In this document: in pieces, positions 56,665 to 64,000 of the stretch
Layout: each line of letters begins with the position of its first letter
Position numbering within the stretch: the first letter of the stretch is position 1
From: Eledone cirrhosa
Taxonomy: Eukaryota
Assembly (NCBI GenBank): GCA_964016885.1
Contig: OZ024743.1
Location: 278,938,001 to 279,002,000 of the forward strand
Reading direction: 5' to 3'
Length of the DNA: 64,000 nucleotides
Notes under the pieces: model-generated
The model's database searches: none
Seen by the model: only the letters and a program-made list of their open reading frames with translations
Told to the model about the DNA's origin: nothing
Made by a program: the position numbers and the translations under genes

Positions 56665-57254
56665 CTAGCAGTGGTACCCGGAGTTGCACGGGATAAGGTA
56701 TTTTGGAACGCGGACAGCCAATAGACCTAAAAACTGCATGCCTGGACAATATGTAAAACAAATAAACCAAATACTCTGATGGCTGGATATTCTTTAAGAT
56801 TTTCCTCGATGAAGCAGGAAAAATGCAGGTTTTCACCTAATGCGGGCCCTAGGGGTTCAAGAAAATGAATTCTTTTTATGTGCATAATATGCCTTGAAAT
56901 TTCGGGAAAATCGGCTAGACGTAACGCCTCGAAAAAGCCCCAAGAAGCTGAAAAAATGAAGTGTTTCACTTAGTGCGGGCCCTAGGCCATAAGAAAGTTG
57001 GATTTTCTTTGCCTACGTTATGAAGAAGAGACTGACTAATACATAGTTACAATTTCAAGGAAATCCGTCTGAGGCAACGCCTCAAAAAACCCCGAAAAAT
57101 GTTAAACAACGCAGTTTTTCACCTAATGCAGGCCCTAGGAGATAAAAAAAGATGAATTTTGTATGTGCATAACACTCCCTGAAACATAAGTAATACACAT
57201 GTAAAGTTTGAAAAAAATCGGTTCGGTACTTCTCGAGTTTTAGGGATTCAAACT

Positions 57255-57329
<75 letters not shown>

Positions 57330-57630
57330 CCTCAAGGAAATGACGTAATGCAGACAGTCATCAGACATACAGATATTATAAGGGCGCGACGTTATAAGTA
57401 TGTATCTATCTAAGTAGAGAAAGACTAAGAATTATAGAGCGAGATCGCTAAATCGCCTAATGTGGTCCCTGGGGCATAGAAAATTAGAAATTCTTTTGGC
57501 TCAGAACGAACACTCCCTGAAACATAAGTATTACATGTGTAAAGTTTGAAAACAGTCGGTTTGGTGGTTCTCGAGTTTTACGGATTCTAACTCACACACA
57601 CAGACAGACATCCTCAGTTTTATATATATA
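56665..57630 (-). mobile_element. Non-autonomous Helitron with internal ~140-bp repeats
   Basis: Minus-strand 3' end is a hairpin CCCG..CGGG plus CTAG (56665-68). The 5' end (TATATAAAACTGAGGATGTCTGTCTG) runs into (TA)n. CAC.TA.TGC.GGCCCTAGG recurs at ~56835, 56967 and 57120. Confidence 0.7.
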
Positions 57631-58010
57631 TATATATATATATATACATACTACGCACCCACTGCTTCCGAGCTCTATCCATCTCCACGCACGTTGTGGC
57701 TTAGACGCTTACGGTTGCACCACAAAATCGTCGGATCCGAAGCTAAGCAATATCCCTTATGACCAGACCACGAATTGTAATATAAAAGCAACGATGACAA
57801 TATCTTTTGTCGAATCGCCAATCTCTAATGGAGTCGGGTCAATAATTTCTAAGTTCGACCTTGAGCCAATTCTCTGCGAAACGCGTGTATCAAATCCAAA
57901 CACAATAGAAATCTTAATACATGTAATCGAAACTTCATCATTCTTATTGATATATACACTCTGCCTGTGTATCCCACTACCAGTAATTCACTGTATAACT
58001 GATATATAAC

Positions 58011-58158
58011 TGTTTCTACTTTAGGCACAAGGCCAGCAATTACCCAGTGCATTACTGGTACTTTATTTTATCGACCCCGTAAGGATGAAAGGCAAAGTCA
58101 ACCTCGGCGGGATTTGAACTCAGATCGTTAAGGGACGTAACTATGCTGGAAAGCATGA
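58011..58158 (-). mobile_element. Deu/Nin-type SINE with truncated head
   Basis: Nearly identical to 21964-22110. Confidence 0.8.
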
Positions 58159-58161
58159 TAA

Positions 58162-58203
<42 letters not shown>

Positions 58204-58211
<8 letters not shown>

Positions 58212-58640
58212 AGATCAAAAGATGGTTAAAGGAGTTCAATATATTTTATTATGCGCATTTCAAAAACAAACATCATCAAACAATAATATTTGTGTTTTCA
58301 TCAGATAAAACAGGAGAACATGATATGAAGGCTAAAAAAACACTTGTTGATAGTGCAGTTTTAAATCAACATATCAATATCAACATATATGTTGATTTAA
58401 AACTGCACTATCAACAAGTGTTTTTTTAGCCTTCATATCATGTTCTCCTGTTTTATCTGATGAAAACACAAATATTATTGTTTGATGATGTTTGTTTTTG
58501 AAATGCGCATAATAAAATATATTGAACTCCTTTAACCATCTTTTGATCTTATATTATGCATACTCCAGTCCCACAAACTGTAGAGTGCTTCTTATCCGAT
58601 ATCTGCATTGCTTTATTGTACTACAATAAAACTCACCTCC
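58204..58640 (+). mobile_element. Fold-back hammerhead cassette in (TA)n
   Basis: Perfect 171-bp arms 58204-58374 / 58387-58557, 12-bp spacer, ~83-bp unique tail, long (TA)n on both sides. Confidence 0.9.
58451..58517 (+). ncRNA. Canonical type I hammerhead ribozyme (mirror copy at 58244-58310, minus strand)
   Basis: TTTTAT-CTGATGA-stem II (AAACACAAATATTAT/ATGATGTTTGTTTTT)-GAAA-TGCGCA-TA-ATAAAA. Palindromic stem III, AUA triplet. Confidence 0.85.
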
Positions 58641-58718
<78 letters not shown>

Positions 58719-58741
58719 CACTTATATATATATACATATAA

Positions 58742-58777
<36 letters not shown>

Positions 58778-58796
58778 GTTTATGTATATATATATT

Positions 58797-58893
<97 letters not shown>

Positions 58894-59339
58894 GTATCTG
58901 TGTGAGTCCACGTGTATAAGTCCACTGACCCTACAGACACCATCATGTCCGCATTTCCTGTGGTCGTTACTCCATTATATCATCGACACTATGCTATGGA
59001 TGTGACTACCATGTTTACTGAAAACCTGCCTGACTATGGCGTCGTTTTGTAATTCGGACATATGTCATTAATTGACCTCAGGTCACAGTAGGTTACATGA
59101 TGTCTAGTCAAGTAATCTGTATCATATCTTTGCTTTCACTGCCTACTCTTCTTGTGCTTGCTGTTCTCCTTTCTTTTTTTCCCCTGATTTTATTTTTATC
59201 TTTTTCCTATAATACATTACACTCCCCTTATATTTTTCTTCTCTCTCTATTTCTCTCTTTCTTCTCATTCTCTTGTGTTGTTCTTGTACTTGCTTTTGTC
59301 GTTGTTGGCGATGTTGCTGTTGCTGCTGTTGATGCTGCT

Positions 59340-59378
<39 letters not shown>

Positions 59379-59689
59379 CTTCTTCTTCTTCTTCTTCTTC
59401 TTCTTCTTCTTCTTCTTCTTCTTCTTCTTCTTCTTCTTCTTCTTCTTCTTCTTCTTCTTCTTCTTCTTCTTCTTCTTCCGATTTTCGATAAGTAAAAGTA
59501 CCAGTTAAGTATTCGTGTCGGCTTAATTCAACAAATTGCTGGCCTTATACCTGAATTAAAAACGAAAACTATTATTAAGACTGTGTAGCCTAAGAGGCTA
59601 CAGAGTGAAAACGAATAAAATAGCTGCTGAGTGAACAACATAACAAACAAATGATACCGGTATCCAAATATGAAATTTCAGGTGTTGTA

Positions 59690-60200
59690 ATGCACCGAAT
59701 TCAAATTTCGAACATCAGAAAAACAGAGGTAGCTGTAAAAGCCAAACTCGCTATCTTTAATTTGATATTTATGCGGATCCTTACCTATATCATCAATCTT
59801 GAGTAATGACCGAAGGGATATGATCGCAAATACAAGCGGTCGAAATTGGATTCTGCCGAAGGGCCTTTCACTTAACATTACTGATAGTGCATAACTCGGA
59901 GATAAGAGAAACTCTCCAGGTAGAACCGCTACTTCTCTGAAAACACAGATCACGTGTCCGATACAACGGACACATAGCTACAATGTCTAACTAAAGAATC
60001 GCTGGGCAGATTTTACGGGCAAAACCAATCGTCATGAGACCCAGAAGGAGACACCGATCAAGATGGTTGGATAACATCCATGAGCTCGGCTGGTCTCGCT
60101 TCGGCATCCATCTGTATCAATGGGAGACAATTGCTTCTGACAGGATTCGCTGGAAAGTGTGCTTCCGCGCCCCTCTCAGGTAAAATTGGACAAAAAACAA
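59690..60200 (+). mobile_element. Degenerate 3' fragment of an RTE/Expander-like LINE
   Basis: Broken frames read KAKLAIFNLIFMRILTY, IQAVEIGFCRR, NSEIRETLQVEPLLL, RPRRRHRSRWLDNIHELGWSRFGI. Confidence 0.75.
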
Positions 60201-60738
60201 GAAGGCAGTCATAGAACTCAAAATATATCAATGTTCATCTAATTTTGTGACTCGATATATTTTCTACGTAATGATGCAAATTACATTTACTCTAATTAGT
60301 ACTTAACTTCGTGAAATTATCGATATAATTTTTTAGAATCACTAACTATTACCGCCAACATTTTACTTTCTATCTCCACTTAAGACGAGGTTTTCAATTA
60401 ACTGAAATATATTTCCGGACGCCAATCAGTACATCACCTCTTAGTTGTTTGAGGCCAATTTATGCCAACCATCCACGTGAGTTTTTCTCCTTCATTCATA
60501 TTTTTGCGTTCTGACAACATATTCTGTGTTTGTGAATTTTAAGAGATTCGGGTATCATCAGTTGCCTCCCCCACCCCTGACTCTCTCCCTCTAACTATAT
60601 AACTATATATATGTGTGTATATGTGTGTGTATGTGTGAGTTAGTGTATATCAATTAATCTCCCTACATGCCTATTATCTACCTATTACAATTTTTCTGTG
60701 TCTACCCCCTATCCCCTTCTCTCTTTCTTTCTCCCGCT

Positions 60739-60833
<95 letters not shown>

Positions 60834-61302
60834 ATACATATACACATGCATATATATAATATATATATGTATATACATACATATACGCATATACACACGC
60901 ACACACGCATATGTATGTATATATATAATAGGTATCTATTTTGAGAGAGAGAAAAAATGCAGAAACACTCTAATGAAATTTAATCACAATTTTGACAATA
61001 TAGGTAATATATCTTGCTGAAGAGTTGTGTCGAGAAAGACATTAATTTTTTATCTTGCATTATTGTCCTTAATTTGTCATAAAGTTAAGTGTCGCTAATA
61101 ACAGAGTAAGATGGGTCGTAAGCCTTTGAAATGAAACGATCTGAAATTATCTGAAAGTGGCGACGGGGGAAGGAAGGGCATGGTAACAATGGGTTGAAAT
61201 ATGTATGACTACATAAACATGTCTAGATGTGTATGTATACATAATATACATATATGCATACATACATATAAACCTACACATATACACACACACATATGCA
61301 CA

Positions 61303-61357
<55 letters not shown>

Positions 61358-61412
61358 TATTATATGAATAATATATATATATATGTATATATATATGTAT
61401 GTATATATTCTG

Positions 61413-61462
<50 letters not shown>

Positions 61463-62011
61463 GAATAATATATATAAATATATATATATAACATACATAC
61501 ATATTTATAAACACACACACACGTACATACATAAATACATGCATGCATACATTAATAAATACGCACATACATATATACACACATATATTGTATGGAACGG
61601 CTTAGTGAAGGATGTTATGAGAAATTGTGAGAGAATGCAATGTGGCTAGAAGGATTTAGATGAGAGATGTGGCGAGGGAAGGCAGAGAATAAATGGTTGA
61701 GAAAGGGTGAGATATGTGTGTAGAGAAATAGATGTGTGAGATATGTGTGTAGAGAAAGAGAGAGAGAGAGAGAGAGTGTGTGTGTGAGAAAGAGAGAGTG
61801 AGAAAGAGAGAGAGAGAGAGGGAGAGGGAGAGAGAGAGAGAGAGATGTGGGAGAGAGAGGTGTGGGGATAGTAATAGAAGAACGATTTAATTTATCGAAA
61901 AGAAAACTTTCAATTTACATATATTCATTCACATATACGCACACACGCCCACACATTTGTACATCTCACATTCTATGTATATATATGTATATATATATAT
62001 ACACATACACA

Positions 62012-62075
<64 letters not shown>

Positions 62076-63214
62076 CCCAGACATATTGATACGTGTTGTG
62101 TGTATGTGTGTGTGTACTTCCAGATATATAAACTCATCTATACAGATGTGCAAGCACATTAACACACAAGTGCATACTGTTGGATGTATTTATATGTACA
62201 CATACATAATAATTCCCAGCAAAATAGAATAGACTATTAAAACTAAGTGAAAAATGGATAGAAAATTGGGGAAAAAGTTAGATGTTTTAAAATTCTTTTC
62301 GTAGAAATTTCTCCATTCAAAATACCTCAATGGTTGTGCCCTATTTTTCACATTTAATTCGTAGAGTTCTTTTTTTTTCTTTTGTTAGGCCTCGCTTCTG
62401 CTGTTTGCAGCTGCTGCTGCTATTGCTTATTGCTGGTATTGCTATATATCGTATGGCTTTGTTACAGTAGCTGCTGATGATGGTAGCGATGATGATGATG
62501 CTGATGGTTCTGATGATAATCATGATGATGAATATGGTGATGTTGATGATCATGTGTTACTCTTATTACAGTTGCTATTGCCGTTGTTACTATTGTCACT
62601 ATTTAAAAAAAATATTTTTGCTGTTGCTACACTTGTTAATAATTCGGTCGTTTATGTCCATCTTTCTGAATTTGTGGTTTTTGATCATTGTTATTGCAGT
62701 TAATGTTGTTGTTGAAGTGTTCAGTTATTAACTCCATTTTGTTCTTTTAGTTTTGTCAGTTATTTTACATGCGCGTGTTACTTTTTACCTAATAACTATT
62801 TATTTATTTATTATTAATCTTCTTTTATTGAGATAACCAATGATAGTAAAGGCAACAATTAATTTCGGCAACATGTCTCCCTCTGCCTCATGTTTCTCTA
62901 TCAAGTACATGTTACAAACGGTGGAAGTACTTCTTTTTTTAACACAACTTACTAGCAATCAGCCAGACACGTAATTCTTGCCGAGTTGATTCGGAGCGTG
63001 AATTAAATGATACGAGAATTCGTACGTACTCAACTTTAGTGAGAAGGCTATCCTCATTGATGACCGCCATGTTACATTTATTTTATTTTGTTAAATTTGG
63101 TGTTTAATAAAAATAAAGCTATGACAAATATTTTTTTTAATATATAGAAGTCATTGACATGTATATACATTTTTCTTCATTTATACATAAATATTGGTAT
63201 ATTTATTTATGTAC

Positions 63215-63267
<53 letters not shown>

Positions 63268-63445
63268 TGTGCGTGTGTGTGCGTGTGTGTGCGTGTGTGT
63301 GTATGTGTGCTTGTAGGCTCGTGTGTTTCTGTGTGAGTTGGTTACAGACCCCCCACAATTAATGTCGAAATGTCGATAGAAAGAGTTAGACAATGAACAT
63401 ATATAAAACGACACCCCCTATATATATATATATATATATATGTCA

Positions 63446-63483
<38 letters not shown>

Positions 63484-64000
63484 TGACACAGACATATATG
63501 TATATGTAAATTTTAGTATATATACATATACATCAAAAGAGAAATCGCTATATAATATAACGTTCATGTGTATGTATGTATGTATGTATGTATGTATGTA
63601 TGTATGTATGTATGTATGTATGTATGTATGTATGTATGTATGTATGTATCTATGTATGTATGTATGTATGCATGTATGTGATCGTAAAATGTGGAATATA
63701 ATTCTTTCAGGCAGAGAAGTAGAGAAAAAAACAAACAAACAGGGAAAATGTGTATAAAAAATGGAAACTGAGAACGGGAAGCAAAACATTAAAATATACA
63801 AAATATTCATACATGAAATAAAGGCATGAATGTAGTGCTGTTAGTGATAGTTGTAGTTGTGATGTTAACGGGAGTAGCTGTGATTGTAGTGGCAGTGCTG
63901 CTCCTGGTTTGACTGATGGTCCTGGTGGTGCGATGGTGGAGATGGTGATTGTTGTCTTATTGGTGGTTGTTGCGCTGTTGAAATTGAAGAGGATGTCTAT

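Overview
AT-rich, microsatellite-saturated eukaryotic non-coding DNA. The repeat content ((TA)n/(CA)n/(TACA)n/(CTA)n arrays, Deu/Nin-domain tRNA-SINEs, RTE, Tx1 and R4/Dong LINEs) looks like an octopus or other mollusc genome, which is an inference. I can support no host gene; almost all ORFs in the track are microsatellite artefacts. Real protein-coding signal is all retroelement-derived: a near full-length L1/Tx1 LINE (32.8-38.8 kb), an RTE LINE with three C-terminal C2H2 fingers (39.7-43.2 kb), an open-frame 5'-truncated R4/Dong RLE-LINE (43.3-45.5 kb) and a Penelope-like GIY-YIG endonuclease fragment (22.9-23.7 kb). The three LINEs appear nested inside one ~350-bp short element. The most striking unexplained structure is about a dozen mostly unrelated fold-back cassettes with a shared design: (TA)n, inverted arm, short spacer, arm, unique 3' tail, (TA)n. 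Many carry type I hammerhead ribozyme motifs (canonical at 24815-24952, 25300-25377 and 58451-58517; variants elsewhere). One carries a tRNA-like Pol III head instead. Together they suggest a (TA)n-targeting, Penelope-driven system of ribozyme/hairpin mini-elements that may also mobilise a tRNA-SINE. Non-autonomous Helitrons and mariner-type MITEs are also present.
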